This document shows positions 8,478 to 18,039 of a stretch of DNA of 47,153 nucleotides, in pieces. Position 1 is the stretch's first letter; every line of letters starts with the position of its first letter. The notes under the pieces were generated by a model. It had not been told where the DNA came from, searched no databases, and saw nothing but the letters and a program-made list of their open reading frames with translations. This DNA comes from Vulcanimicrobiaceae bacterium (GTDB lineage: Bacteria > Vulcanimicrobiota > Vulcanimicrobiia > Vulcanimicrobiales > Vulcanimicrobiaceae), in assembly GCA_036826275.1 (NCBI GenBank), contig DAISWS010000004.1, positions 1-47,153 on the forward strand. The letters are read 5' to 3'. The translations under genes and the position numbers were made by a program.

Positions 8478-9932
8478 GTGGCAGAGCATAACGTCGACGC
8501 AGTCGTCATCGGCGCCGGTCCGGGCGGCTACCACGCTGCGATCCGGCTGGGCCAACTCGGCAAGAAAGTCATCTGCGTCGATCGCGACGAGGTCGGCGGC
8601 GTTTGCTTGAACTGGGGCTGCATCCCCACCAAAGCGCTGCTCCACGTCGGCGAAGTAATCCGCCACATCGACCATGCGGGCGCGATCGGATTGAAGGTTG
8701 CCAAGGCGGACGTCGACCGCGAAGGCGTCGCGAAGTTCAAAACCGACGTCGTGAATTCAAACGTCGGCGGCGTGAAGACGCTCTTCAAAGCGAACAACGT
8801 GCAGTTCATCTACGGCGAAGCCGGATTCAAGAGCCCCACCGAAATCGTCGTCAAAAAGAAAGAAGGCGGCGACGACACGATCAAGGCGCAGTACGCCGTG
8901 ATCGCAACCGGCTCCGCGCCGATCGACGTCAAAGCGTGGCCCCGCGACGGCGAATACATCATCAATTCAGACGACGCGGTGCAGCTCAAGCGCGTGCCCA
9001 AAAACCTGCTGGTCATCGGCGGCGGCGTGATCGGCCTGGAGTTCGCGACGGTCTACACGCGCATGGGCAGCAAAGTACTCGTGATCGAAGCGCTGCCTCA
9101 GATTCTCACCGGCACCGATTCGGAAATCTCGAAGACGCTCGGCCGCATTCTCAAAAAGCAGGGCGTCGAGATCATGCTCGGCACGAAGGTGGGCGAGATC
9201 AAAAAAGACGGCAAGACCGTCAAAGCGACGTTCAACGGCGAAGGTACCAACGGTAAGGACGAAACCCGTGAATTCGATTGCGTGCTCGTCGCCGTCGGCC
9301 GCCGCCCCGTCACCGATGGACTCAACCTGCAGAGCGCGGGTCTTTCCACGAACGACAAAGGCTTCATCGATGTCGACGCGCAGCGCCGCACGAAGGTATC
9401 GAACATCTTCGCGATCGGCGACATCACCGGCGCGCCGATGCTCGCGCACAAAGGCATGAAAGAAGGCGTCATTGCCGCCGAAGTGATCGGCGGCGATAAA
9501 TCCGCGGCGTTCGATCCGGTTGCGATTCCGAACTGCGTTTACACCGATCCCGAAGTTGCGACGGTCGGCCTTTCCGAGGAAGAAGCCAAAGCAAAAGGCT
9601 ACGAGGTGCGCATCGGCAAGTTCCCGCTCGCGGCGAGCGGCCGCGCGCGCACGATGAACGAAACGGACGGCCTGATCAAACTCGTCGGCGATGCCAAGAG
9701 CGACATGCTGCTCGGCATGCACATCGTCGCGCCGCAGGCGGAGTCGCTCATCGGTGAAGGCGTCATCGCGCTCGAAATGGGCGCGACGCTCGAAGACATC
9801 GGCCTGTCCATTCACCCGCATCCGACGCTGACCGAAGGCATCATGGACGCCGCCGAAGCCGCGCACGGCAAAGCGATTCACATCGTGAACGCCAAGAAAC
9901 CCGCTCCCGCTCAACCGGTAGGAGCGCGCTGA
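8478..9932 (+). CDS. lpdA: Dihydrolipoyl dehydrogenase
   Basis: VVIGAGPGGY FAD motif, redox disulfide GGVCLNWGCIPTK and C-terminal HPHPTLTE dimerisation motif. GTG start at 8478 is preceded by GGAG at 8464-8467. Confidence 0.9.
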   Translation: MAEHNVDAVVIGAGPGGYHAAIRLGQLGKKVICVDRDEVGGVCLNWGCIPTKALLHVGEVIRHIDHAGAIGLKVAKADVDREGVAKFKTDVVNSNVGGVKTLFKANNVQFIYGEAGFKSPTEIVVKKKEGGDDTIKAQYAVIATGSAPIDVKAWPRDGEYIINSDDAVQLKRVPKNLLVIGGGVIGLEFATVYTRMGSKVLVIEALPQILTGTDSEISKTLGRILKKQGVEIMLGTKVGEIKKDGKTVKATFNGEGTNGKDETREFDCVLVAVGRRPVTDGLNLQSAGLSTNDKGFIDVDAQRRTKVSNIFAIGDITGAPMLAHKGMKEGVIAAEVIGGDKSAAFDPVAIPNCVYTDPEVATVGLSEEEAKAKGYEVRIGKFPLAASGRARTMNETDGLIKLVGDAKSDMLLGMHIVAPQAESLIGEGVIALEMGATLEDIGLSIHPHPTLTEGIMDAAEAAHGKAIHIVNAKKPAPAQPVGAR

Positions 9933-9963
9933 CGTTGGACGGCCAGCGCCATCGTGTAGAGAT

Positions 9964-10635
9964 GTGACTCAGGCAAGATTGCTCGATCTCGGGCTTCGGT
10001 CGTACCGTGAAGTGTGGGACGTGCAGCACGAACTGCACGAGCGCGTGCGCGAGGGCGGCGATCCGGAGACCTGGATTTTCGTCGAGCATCCGCCGGTCGT
10101 TACCCTCGGGCGCAACGCAAAGGAAGAGAATCTGCTGGTTTCGCGCGATGTGCTCGCGGCGCGCGGCGTGGACGTCGTCCGTATCGAACGCGGCGGCGAC
10201 GTCACATATCATGGGCCGGGACAGCTGGTCGTGTATCCGATACGCCGGCTCGAGCGCTTTCGCGAAGTCGTGCCACTCGTGCGTGCGCTCGAGAGCGCCA
10301 TTATCGACGTGTGCGCGCAGTTCGGCATTCACGCGCAGCGGTGGAGCGAACACGCCGGCGTCTGGGTTGGACGCAATCAGATCTGCGCGATCGGGCTTGC
10401 CGTTCAGAAGATGACCTCGTTGCACGGCATCGCGCTCAACGTGAGCACGGAGCTGAGCTACGACACGCTCATCAATCCCTGCGGCTTGACCGATCGCGGG
10501 ATCACGAGCCTATCGAAGGAAGCCGGCCGCCCGGTTTCCGTCGAGGAAGCGAAACCCATCGTGCGGGCGGCACTGTCAAAAGAGTTCGAGTTGTGGTTCG
10601 ACACGCTCACCATGACAAAGGCAAAATCGGCATAG
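9964..10635 (+). CDS. lipB: Octanoyltransferase LipB
   Basis: EHPPVVTLGR, RGGDVTYHGPGQLVVYPI, KICAIGLAV and HGIALNV blocks. GTG start. Confidence 0.9.
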   Translation: MTQARLLDLGLRSYREVWDVQHELHERVREGGDPETWIFVEHPPVVTLGRNAKEENLLVSRDVLAARGVDVVRIERGGDVTYHGPGQLVVYPIRRLERFREVVPLVRALESAIIDVCAQFGIHAQRWSEHAGVWVGRNQICAIGLAVQKMTSLHGIALNVSTELSYDTLINPCGLTDRGITSLSKEAGRPVSVEEAKPIVRAALSKEFELWFDTLTMTKAKSA

Positions 10636-11522
10636 TGGTAGAGATAGATCTGATCAACGCATCGCCTCAGCGCGTTCCCAAGCCGGAATGGCTCAAAGTG
10701 AAATTGCCGTACGGCGAACAGTACGAACGCGTCAAAGCGAAGGTCGACGGGCTAGCGCTCAATACCGTTTGCAAGGAAGCGAATTGTCCGAACTTGGCCG
10801 AGTGCTGGGGCGCCGGAACCGCGACGATCATGATCCTCGGCGATACCTGTACGCGCGGATGCCGCTTCTGCAACGTGAAGACCGGCAATCCGAAAGGCAT
10901 CGTCGATTGGCTGGAACCGGTGCGCGTCGCCGAAGCGGTGCGCGATATGGGCTGGAAGTATTTGGTCGTGACCGCCGTCGACCGCGACGATCTGCCCGAC
11001 GGCGGTGCGCTGATTTTTGCCAATACCGTGCGCGCCATTCACGAGCGCGTCCCCGAATCGCGCGTCGAGATTCTTTCCGGCGACTACCGCGGCGACCTGG
11101 ATGCGCTCAACATCGTGCTCGACGCTCAGCCCGACGTCTTCGCGCATAACCTGGAAACGGTACGGCGCCTCACGACGCGCGTGCGCGACAAGCGCGCGAA
11201 GTACGATCAATCGCTCCGGGTTCTGGAGCACGCCAAGCACTTCGCGCCGGAGCGCTTCACCAAGACCTCGATCATGGTCGGTCTGGGTGAAACCGACGAA
11301 GAGGTGGAGCAAACGATGGACGACGCGCGCAGCGCGGGCGTCGACATCTTTACGATCGGCCAATATCTGCAGCCCACGAAAAAGCATCTGCCTGTCGACT
11401 CTTACGTGACGCCGCAGAAGTTCGCCGACTATGCGCAGCTCGGGCGTTCGAAGGGCTTCCATCAGATCGTGTCCAGCCCGCTCTCGCGCAGCTCCTACCA
11501 CGCCGAGCAAGCTTTCCACTAG
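10635..11522 (+). CDS. lipA: Lipoyl synthase LipA (radical SAM)
   Basis: C-terminal 295 aa of listed ORF 10014..11522. Contains PKPEWLKVKLP, CEEANCPN-like CKEANCPNLAEC and radical-SAM CTRGCRFC. GTG 10635 overlaps the lipB TAG as TAGTG. Confidence 0.9.
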   Translation: MVEIDLINASPQRVPKPEWLKVKLPYGEQYERVKAKVDGLALNTVCKEANCPNLAECWGAGTATIMILGDTCTRGCRFCNVKTGNPKGIVDWLEPVRVAEAVRDMGWKYLVVTAVDRDDLPDGGALIFANTVRAIHERVPESRVEILSGDYRGDLDALNIVLDAQPDVFAHNLETVRRLTTRVRDKRAKYDQSLRVLEHAKHFAPERFTKTSIMVGLGETDEEVEQTMDDARSAGVDIFTIGQYLQPTKKHLPVDSYVTPQKFADYAQLGRSKGFHQIVSSPLSRSSYHAEQAFH

Positions 11523-11568
11523 GCCAACTTCACGGCGCAAGCAACCCCGCGCCGGGACTGCGGGTTTC

Positions 11569-11603
11569 AGCACGAAAGAACGTAACCTGGGTTCCTTCGT
11601 GCT
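11569..11603 (+). promoter_or_regulatory. Stem-loop directly abutting the SD of the RND pump gene
   Basis: agcacgaa (11569-11576) pairs with ttcgtgct (11596-11603), and an inner gaac/gttc pair extends the stem. GGAGG at 11604-11608 and the TTG start at 11613 follow immediately. Confidence 0.4.
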
Positions 11604-11612
11604 GGAGGCCTC

Positions 11613-14600
11613 TTGACCAACTTCTTCCTTCGGCGGCCAATCTTCGCCGCGGTCTGCTCGCTCGTCGTTACGATCGCGGGTCTCATCGTGATTCCCACGC
11701 TGCCGATCGCGCAATATCCGCGTATTGCGCCGCCGGTCGTCACGGTCAACGCGTACTACACCGGTGCGAATGCTCAGGCGGTCGAGAGTGCGGTAACGAC
11801 GCCGCTGGAACAAGCCGTCAACGGCGTCGAGGGCCTGCGCTACATCAGCTCCAGCAGTTCCAATAACGGCGCGAGCAGCATCACGCTCACATTCAATCTT
11901 GGAACGAATTTGGACATTGCCGCCACGGACGTTCAGAACGCGGTCCAATCCGCCTCCGGCCAGCTCCCGAACGAGGTCAAGCAAACCGGCATAACGGTCG
12001 CGAAAAACTCCGGAACGTTCGTCATGGTCGCAGCCATGAAATCGAACAACCCGCAGTTCAGCCAACTGTTTCTGAGTAACTACACCGAGTTGAACGTCGT
12101 CAACGCGCTCAAGCGCGTTCCGGGCGTGAGCGACGTTCAAATCTTCGGCGAACGCCGCTACGCGATGCGCGTCTGGGTCGATCCGCACGAGTTGGAAGCA
12201 CGCGGCTTGGCAATCAGCGACGTGCTCGCGGCACTCCAGGAGCAGAACGTCGAAGTGGCTGCGGGCAGCATCGGCTCGGCTCCCGAGTCGAAGAATCAGC
12301 CGTTCACGATCAGCGTTCGTGCCGAAGGGCGTCTGAGTACGCCTGACCAGTTCCGCAACGTCATCGTCCGAGCCAATCCCAACGGCGGCTTCACGCGCCT
12401 TGGCGACGTAGCGCGCGTCGAGCTTGGCGCGGAAGATTATTCCTCCGCCATCGCGTTCAACGGAAACAAGAACGTCGTCGGCTTAGGCATCGAGCAGCTG
12501 CCGACCGCGAACGCGCTGCAAGTCGCGGACGGCGTGCGTAAAGAATTGACGCTGCTTTCGCGCACGTTTCCGGCAGGCGTCAGTTACGAGATCGCTTTCG
12601 ATACCACGGATTTCGTCCGCGAATCGATCCGCGAGGTCGTACTGACGCTAATCTTTTCGATTTTCCTCGTCGTGCTCGTCATCTTCTTGTTCTTGCAGAA
12701 TCCGCGGTCGGCGCTCATTCCGGCAGTAACCCTGCCCGTCTCGCTGATTGGCACGTTCGCCGTGATGAAAATTTTCGGATTCACGATCAATACGATCACG
12801 CTGTTCGGGCTAACGCTCGCCACGGGACTGGTCGTGGACGATGCGATCGTCGTGATCGAAAATATCGCACGGTACATTCAAGAAAAGAACATGGGCGGCG
12901 CACAGGGCGCGGCAGCGGCCATGCGTGAAGTGCAAGGCGCGGTCGTCGCCTCGTCACTGGTGCTGCTCGCCGTGTTCGTTCCGGTGGCGTTCTTCCCGGG
13001 AACGACCGGCCAACTCTACAAGCAATTTGCGCTCACCATTGCCGCATCGATTACGATCTCGCTCTTCGCATCGCTGACGCTGACGCCCGTGATGTCGGCG
13101 CTGATGCTCGGCGGCGAGCGGCCTACGCACTTCCCGTTCTTCGTATGGTTCAACCATGGGTTGAGCAATTTCCGCGCTTGGTATCGCGGCGTGCTGCCGA
13201 ATCTCTTCCGGCGGCGGTGGATCGTCGCCGGCATCTTCGTGATGGGATTAATCGCGACGCTCGCGCTTTTCCGCACGACGCCGACCGCGTTCATCCCCGA
13301 CGAAGATCAAGGCTACTTCATCATCACGATCCAACTGCCGGAAGGCTCCTCGCTCTCGCAAGAAGAGGCCGCCGCAAAGAAAATGGAAGCCGTCGTCTTC
13401 GCGCAGCCGGAGGTCGCCGCGCTTTTCGACGTTTCCGGATTTAGTTTTACGGGTGCAGGCCCCAACCGCGGCATCGCGTTCGCACGCCTGCGGCCGTGGT
13501 CGCAGCGCCGTGGATCGCAGCATTCGCTCAAGGCGGTCTTGCAGCGCATCCAAATGCAGTTCTTCGGAATCCCGGGCGCGCAAATCTTCGCGTTCAATCC
13601 GCCCCCGATTCAAGGCGTCGGCAACTTCGGCGGCTTTCAATTCGAGTTGGAAGACCGTGGCAATATCGGATTGCCCACGCTCATGCAAACGGCGTATCGC
13701 TACATGGCCCTGGGAAATCAAGACCCGAATTTACGCAACGTCTTCACGACCTTTCGCGTTGACGCGCCGCAATACCAAGTACACATCGATCGCGAGAAGG
13801 CCAAAAGTATCGGCGTAGCGCTAAGCGACGTGTTCAACACGATGCAGACCGATCTCGGCTCGTTCTACGTGAACGATTTTTCGTATCTCAACCGCTCGTA
13901 CCGCGTGTACGTGCAAGCGCAAGATCCGTACCGTAAATCGCTCGATTCGCTGCAGTACTTGTACGTGCGCTCCGCCGCCGGAGGCATGGTTCCAATCGGC
14001 GGCCTCGGTACGGCGACGCTCACGAAAGCGCCTCCGATTATCACGCATTACAACCTTTTCCGCTCGATCGAAATAAACGGCACGTCTGCGCCCGGCCACG
14101 GTTCGGGGCAGGCTATTGCGGCCATGGAAAGCATCGCGCAAAAGATCGATCCGCCCGGGGCCGGATACGAGTGGTCCGGCACATCGCTGGACGAAATCGA
14201 AGGCGGCTCGCTTTCCGTCATCATCTTTTTCATCGGAATCGTGTTCGTGTTCTTGGTTCTCGCCGCGCAATACGAAAGTTTCGTCGATCCGCTGATCGTG
14301 CTGCTCGCGGTGCCGCTTGCGATCTTCGGCGCACTCGTCTTCCTGAATGTGCGCGGAATCGCGAGCGACGCCTATGCACAAGTCGGCTACGTGATGCTTA
14401 TCGGGCTCGCGAGCAAGAGCGCGATTTTGATCGTCGAGTTTGCCAACCAGCAGATGCGCGAAGGCGCCGACGTCTTAACCGCCGCGGCTCGCGCCGCGCA
14501 AACCCGCCTGCGTCCGATCCTCATGACCTCGATCGCATTCATCGTCGCGGTTCTGCCGCTCGTTTTTGCGTCGGGCGCGGGGAGCGCGGCTCGGAACTCG

Positions 14601-14771
14601 CTCGGTACGGTGGTGTTCGGCGGGATGATCGTCTCGACGGCCCTCAACCTCGCAATCACGCCGGTGCTCTACGTCATCATCAAATCGTGGTCGCTGCGCC
14701 GGCGCAGGGTCGCGCGCAGCGACGCACAGCTCTTCGTACCGGCGAAGCCCGAGCCGCCGATGCCGGTCTAG
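11613..14771 (+). CDS. RND efflux transporter, AcrB/HAE1-like inner-membrane component
   Basis: 1052 aa. The N-terminus LTNFFLRRPIFAAV... is typical of the AcrB family, and the two large periplasmic loops and 12 TM pattern fit. TTG start with GGAGG SD. Confidence 0.9.
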   Translation: MTNFFLRRPIFAAVCSLVVTIAGLIVIPTLPIAQYPRIAPPVVTVNAYYTGANAQAVESAVTTPLEQAVNGVEGLRYISSSSSNNGASSITLTFNLGTNLDIAATDVQNAVQSASGQLPNEVKQTGITVAKNSGTFVMVAAMKSNNPQFSQLFLSNYTELNVVNALKRVPGVSDVQIFGERRYAMRVWVDPHELEARGLAISDVLAALQEQNVEVAAGSIGSAPESKNQPFTISVRAEGRLSTPDQFRNVIVRANPNGGFTRLGDVARVELGAEDYSSAIAFNGNKNVVGLGIEQLPTANALQVADGVRKELTLLSRTFPAGVSYEIAFDTTDFVRESIREVVLTLIFSIFLVVLVIFLFLQNPRSALIPAVTLPVSLIGTFAVMKIFGFTINTITLFGLTLATGLVVDDAIVVIENIARYIQEKNMGGAQGAAAAMREVQGAVVASSLVLLAVFVPVAFFPGTTGQLYKQFALTIAASITISLFASLTLTPVMSALMLGGERPTHFPFFVWFNHGLSNFRAWYRGVLPNLFRRRWIVAGIFVMGLIATLALFRTTPTAFIPDEDQGYFIITIQLPEGSSLSQEEAAAKKMEAVVFAQPEVAALFDVSGFSFTGAGPNRGIAFARLRPWSQRRGSQHSLKAVLQRIQMQFFGIPGAQIFAFNPPPIQGVGNFGGFQFELEDRGNIGLPTLMQTAYRYMALGNQDPNLRNVFTTFRVDAPQYQVHIDREKAKSIGVALSDVFNTMQTDLGSFYVNDFSYLNRSYRVYVQAQDPYRKSLDSLQYLYVRSAAGGMVPIGGLGTATLTKAPPIITHYNLFRSIEINGTSAPGHGSGQAIAAMESIAQKIDPPGAGYEWSGTSLDEIEGGSLSVIIFFIGIVFVFLVLAAQYESFVDPLIVLLAVPLAIFGALVFLNVRGIASDAYAQVGYVMLIGLASKSAILIVEFANQQMREGADVLTAAARAAQTRLRPILMTSIAFIVAVLPLVFASGAGSAARNSLGTVVFGGMIVSTALNLAITPVLYVIIKSWSLRRRRVARSDAQLFVPAKPEPPMPV

Positions 14772-14845
14772 GCGGCTTAGACTTTTCTCGCAAAAGAGTA
14801 GGGTTTTCAGGCGAGCGGGGGGTACTCTGTGCCTCACACCCGGAC

Positions 14846-14859
14846 TATTAAATTTAATA
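14846..14859. promoter_or_regulatory. Perfect 14-bp AT palindrome TATTAAATTTAATA upstream of the beta-barrel gene
   Basis: Read directly from the sequence. It is its own reverse complement and sits 22 nt upstream of ATG 14882. It is the most AT-rich spot in an otherwise GC-rich intergenic region. Confidence 0.35.
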
Positions 14860-14881
14860 CGTCTCGCTGTTGGAGATCGAT

Positions 14882-16090
14882 ATGGTTCGTACGTTCCTTC
14901 GTACTTGTGCCGCCCTGGCTTTAGCTGCGGCGGCCGCCGCCGCGCCGGCTTTGGCCGACCCCACGGGCATGTTCGGCACCGCCGTCTCGGGCGCGAACAC
15001 CGCAATCAAGAATGCGGACAATGCGCGGCCGCAACAAGTGATTCATTTGCCCGACGGCACGGTGGCGCAGGTGCCGCCCGTGCAGCAGGCACCCGTCGGA
15101 GGAGCGCAAGCCGTCGGCTTGCCAACGGGCTTCAACTATACGTTCGACCTTTCCGTCGCGCACGCGTTCGGTAACATCGGGAGCTTCTCCAAACGCTGGC
15201 TCCCGGGCGGCACCGACGCCGTCGTCAGTTACGGTTTCAGCCCGCGCATGGCACTGGTCGCAAGTTACTACGAACTGCAGCACTACCCGGTCGGCTTCGA
15301 TTCGGGGCAAACGAATCTGTATTTGCCCGCCGGCTTTCCGCCGGTCCCGGGGCTGAACCCCAGCTGCGTCGATCTGAGCGGCGCGACGTCTGCTACGTGC
15401 CAAGGCATTTCCTCGCCGATCGACGTGACGACGAAGGACAAGTTCCTGCTCCTCAATTGGGAAAATCTTTTCACGCTGACCAAGATCAACGGACGCGCCG
15501 TACCGATCGTCATCACGCCGACCTACGTGTCGCGCTGGTCGAGCGTCGCAGCCTCGAACGGCAACGGCGACGTCGTGCCGTTCGTCGACAGCAACGGCGT
15601 CCCGCACACGAACGTCAGTACGCGCACCGCGCAGCTGTACTCGGTCGCCGTGACGCTGCCGTTCCTCAAGACGCCGAAGATGTTCGGGACGTTCACCGTC
15701 GCGCCGACGTGGCTCGTTCACCGGGCGGGCTTGAATCAACAGAATCACGCGCAGCTCTATCAGATTCTGTATCTGGAATACACGCCGACCGCGAACATGA
15801 AATTCTTCATCGAGCCGCAAAGCTCTCGTGATTACCTGCCGGCCGACCCGTACGCGCAGCATCTCGCAGCGTACTTCATCGGCGCATCACAACGCGTCGG
15901 CAAGAACGGTTTCGTGCAGGTTATTTTGAATAGCGGCAGCCCGACGAACTACAGCCCGTACGGCGTAAAGCAACTGAACTGCCTGCAGCTCCCGTGCTCG
16001 CAAAATACGCTGCCGACGATCGGCGGTCTGAAAGCCTCACAAATTCAAATTCAGTTCGGCATCGGTTCGCCGAGCGTCATCCAGTTCTAG
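14882..16090 (+). CDS. Predicted outer-membrane beta-barrel protein (porin-like, family not recognised)
   Basis: ATG 14882 is preceded by GGAGA. The signal peptide ends ALA-DP. There are many alternating amphipathic strands (FNYTFDLSVAHAF, LYSVAVTLPF, LYQILYLEYTP, QIQIQFGIG). The C-terminal beta-signal ends in Phe (SVIQF). Confidence 0.65.
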   Translation: MVRTFLRTCAALALAAAAAAAPALADPTGMFGTAVSGANTAIKNADNARPQQVIHLPDGTVAQVPPVQQAPVGGAQAVGLPTGFNYTFDLSVAHAFGNIGSFSKRWLPGGTDAVVSYGFSPRMALVASYYELQHYPVGFDSGQTNLYLPAGFPPVPGLNPSCVDLSGATSATCQGISSPIDVTTKDKFLLLNWENLFTLTKINGRAVPIVITPTYVSRWSSVAASNGNGDVVPFVDSNGVPHTNVSTRTAQLYSVAVTLPFLKTPKMFGTFTVAPTWLVHRAGLNQQNHAQLYQILYLEYTPTANMKFFIEPQSSRDYLPADPYAQHLAAYFIGASQRVGKNGFVQVILNSGSPTNYSPYGVKQLNCLQLPCSQNTLPTIGGLKASQIQIQFGIGSPSVIQF

Positions 16091-16108
16091 AGAACGGGGT
16101 TCACAAAG

Positions 16109-17659
16109 ATGCTTAATCGTTTTCATCGGCCGCTCGCGATACTGGCCCTCGCGTCCTTGGCTGCGTGCAGCGGAGCCGCTACGGCGGGCCCGGGCAGCGG
16201 CAGCACGCCGGCGCTCCCGCCGGCGAACACCCCAAATGCCGGACTGACGCAACAAAATTACGTCGGCGTCGGCGATAGTTTGACGGCGGGCTATCAAGCG
16301 GGCGGATTGCTCGGCGATCCTTCGGCGACGAGCCCCGTGTCGGCGCTGCCGAATCACATCGTCCCGGTCACGCAAGAAAACGGCTGGTGGGCGCTCTTCT
16401 ATCAGCAGGCCACGGGCGGCTCCGCGGCAGGCGTTCTTCCGTTGATCAAGGCGCCCGGTTTGGGCGATCAGCTCGTCGTAACCGCGGACCCCACGGCTCC
16501 CGGCTTCGAAGGTACGCATTCGAGCTGCGACTCGTTCAACAACGCGGCGTTTTCGCCGACGAATTGGACCGCCGTGCGCATGAATCCGGCCGCACCCATC
16601 GCCGACGTTGCCGTTCCGGGCGTCACGATGCATGAAGCCGTCTCGCAAACCGGGCCGATCACCGGTCCGCCGACGGGGCCGAATTGCGGTTACGTGACGA
16701 TACCCGGCGATCCGACGTCCGGCGGCTTGCAATCGCTCGTGAACGGCGAGAGCGTCATGTACTATCCCATCCTCGGGCAATTCGCTACGACGCTTGCGCC
16801 GGGAACCGCAACGCAGCTCAATGCTGCGGTTTCGCTCCGGCCGCAAGTGACGACGGTGTGGCTGGGCGCGAACGACTTGCTCAAATACGTTTTCTCGCAC
16901 GGTAACTCGCCTGTTACCGATTCGCCGGCGCAGTTGGCGGCAGATCTCACCCAGATCGTCACGACGCTCGAAAAAGCCGGCTCCAAAGTCGTCGTCGCCA
17001 ATCTGCCCGATATTCTGGGCAACGGCTCAACCGAGCCGCCGGTGCCGCAGTTCTTCCCCATCGGCAAGCTTTCGGCGGATCTGCAAGCACTCGGCGTTCC
17101 TTCCGCGGTTGCGGGCGGCGTACAGGCGTACGTTCAAGCAACGTATACCGGTCCGGGCGGCTTCCTTACGGAAACAGGATTCTTCACCGTATTGAAAGAG
17201 ATCGCGGGCGGCGCGCCGTCTATCAATCTCGACCTGTCCGGACCTGGAAGCGGCGCGGGCACGCTCTATCTCGATACGGCGTTCGCAACGCAAGCGATGG
17301 CGCTGAACGCGGGATACAACGCCGCGATAAACACGGTCGCATCCCAAACGGGCGCTGCGCTCGCCGACATTCAGACGACCTTCCAAGGCATCAACGCCGC
17401 AGGCGGCGTCACGCTCGCTCCCGGCGTCACATTGACGACCAAGTTCGGCGGCGGTCTGCTCAGCTATGACGGGCTGCATCCCTCGAACACGGGCTACGCG
17501 CTGATCGCGAACGTGTTCATCGGCGCCGCCGACACGAAGTTCTCGCTGACGATTCCGCCTCTTTCGAACGGACAGGTCGGCGCGATCGCATCGAGCGACA
17601 CGTACAACCCGTACGTCATCAAGGCGGTGAATCCGGCGTGGCCCTATCCGCTGCCGTAA
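16109..17659 (+). CDS. SGNH/GDSL-family hydrolase lipoprotein
   Basis: Lipobox LASLAAC, block I GVGDSLTAGY and block V DGLHPSNTGY. 516 aa. Confidence 0.75.
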   Translation: MLNRFHRPLAILALASLAACSGAATAGPGSGSTPALPPANTPNAGLTQQNYVGVGDSLTAGYQAGGLLGDPSATSPVSALPNHIVPVTQENGWWALFYQQATGGSAAGVLPLIKAPGLGDQLVVTADPTAPGFEGTHSSCDSFNNAAFSPTNWTAVRMNPAAPIADVAVPGVTMHEAVSQTGPITGPPTGPNCGYVTIPGDPTSGGLQSLVNGESVMYYPILGQFATTLAPGTATQLNAAVSLRPQVTTVWLGANDLLKYVFSHGNSPVTDSPAQLAADLTQIVTTLEKAGSKVVVANLPDILGNGSTEPPVPQFFPIGKLSADLQALGVPSAVAGGVQAYVQATYTGPGGFLTETGFFTVLKEIAGGAPSINLDLSGPGSGAGTLYLDTAFATQAMALNAGYNAAINTVASQTGAALADIQTTFQGINAAGGVTLAPGVTLTTKFGGGLLSYDGLHPSNTGYALIANVFIGAADTKFSLTIPPLSNGQVGAIASSDTYNPYVIKAVNPAWPYPLP

Positions 17660-17680
17660 AACGCAACGGTTCTCTCGAAA

Positions 17681-17714
17681 ACGGGCTCTCGAAAGGGAGC
17701 CCGTTTTTTCTTTT
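17681..17714 (+). terminator. Rho-independent terminator after the GDSL gene
   Basis: acgggctc (17681-17688) pairs with gagcccgt (17697-17704) around an 8-nt loop, followed by a tttttcttttg run. Confidence 0.85.
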
Positions 17715-17727
17715 GTATCACCATAGG

Positions 17728-18039
17728 ATGGCAAGCATCGAGCATCTCAAGAACGCCCAAGGCGTGAAGATCATCGACGTCCGCAAGAAGCCGGACGATA
17801 TGCAGATTCCCGGTTCCATCCGGTACGACGGGGATGCGCTCGAGACGTCCGAAACGCTGCCGTTCTCGAAAGACGAGCAGGTGGTGCTGTACTGCGGCAG
17901 CGGCAATTCGTGTTCTCGTATCGCGCAGACGCTGCGCGAGAAAGGATTTGCGAACGCGCAAGCGCTCGACGGCGGCTACGCCGCTTGGAAAGAGGCCGGC
18001 TTGCCGCTCGAGCCGATTAGCGAAGTTCGCGAAGTGTAA
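17728..18039 (+). CDS. Single-domain rhodanese-like sulfurtransferase
   Basis: Start at MASIEH (ATG 17728). Active-site region VVLYCGSGNSCSRIA, with C-terminal LDGGYAAWKEAGLP. Confidence 0.75.
   Translation: MASIEHLKNAQGVKIIDVRKKPDDMQIPGSIRYDGDALETSETLPFSKDEQVVLYCGSGNSCSRIAQTLREKGFANAQALDGGYAAWKEAGLPLEPISEVREV

Noticed and set aside
10752-12188. 478-aa ORF on the - strand spanning lipA, the spacer and the start of the RND gene
   Set aside because: It is antisense to two genes with strong family signatures. Its Arg/Asp/Ala/Gly-rich composition is typical of shadow frames in GC-rich DNA, and I recognise no motif in it.
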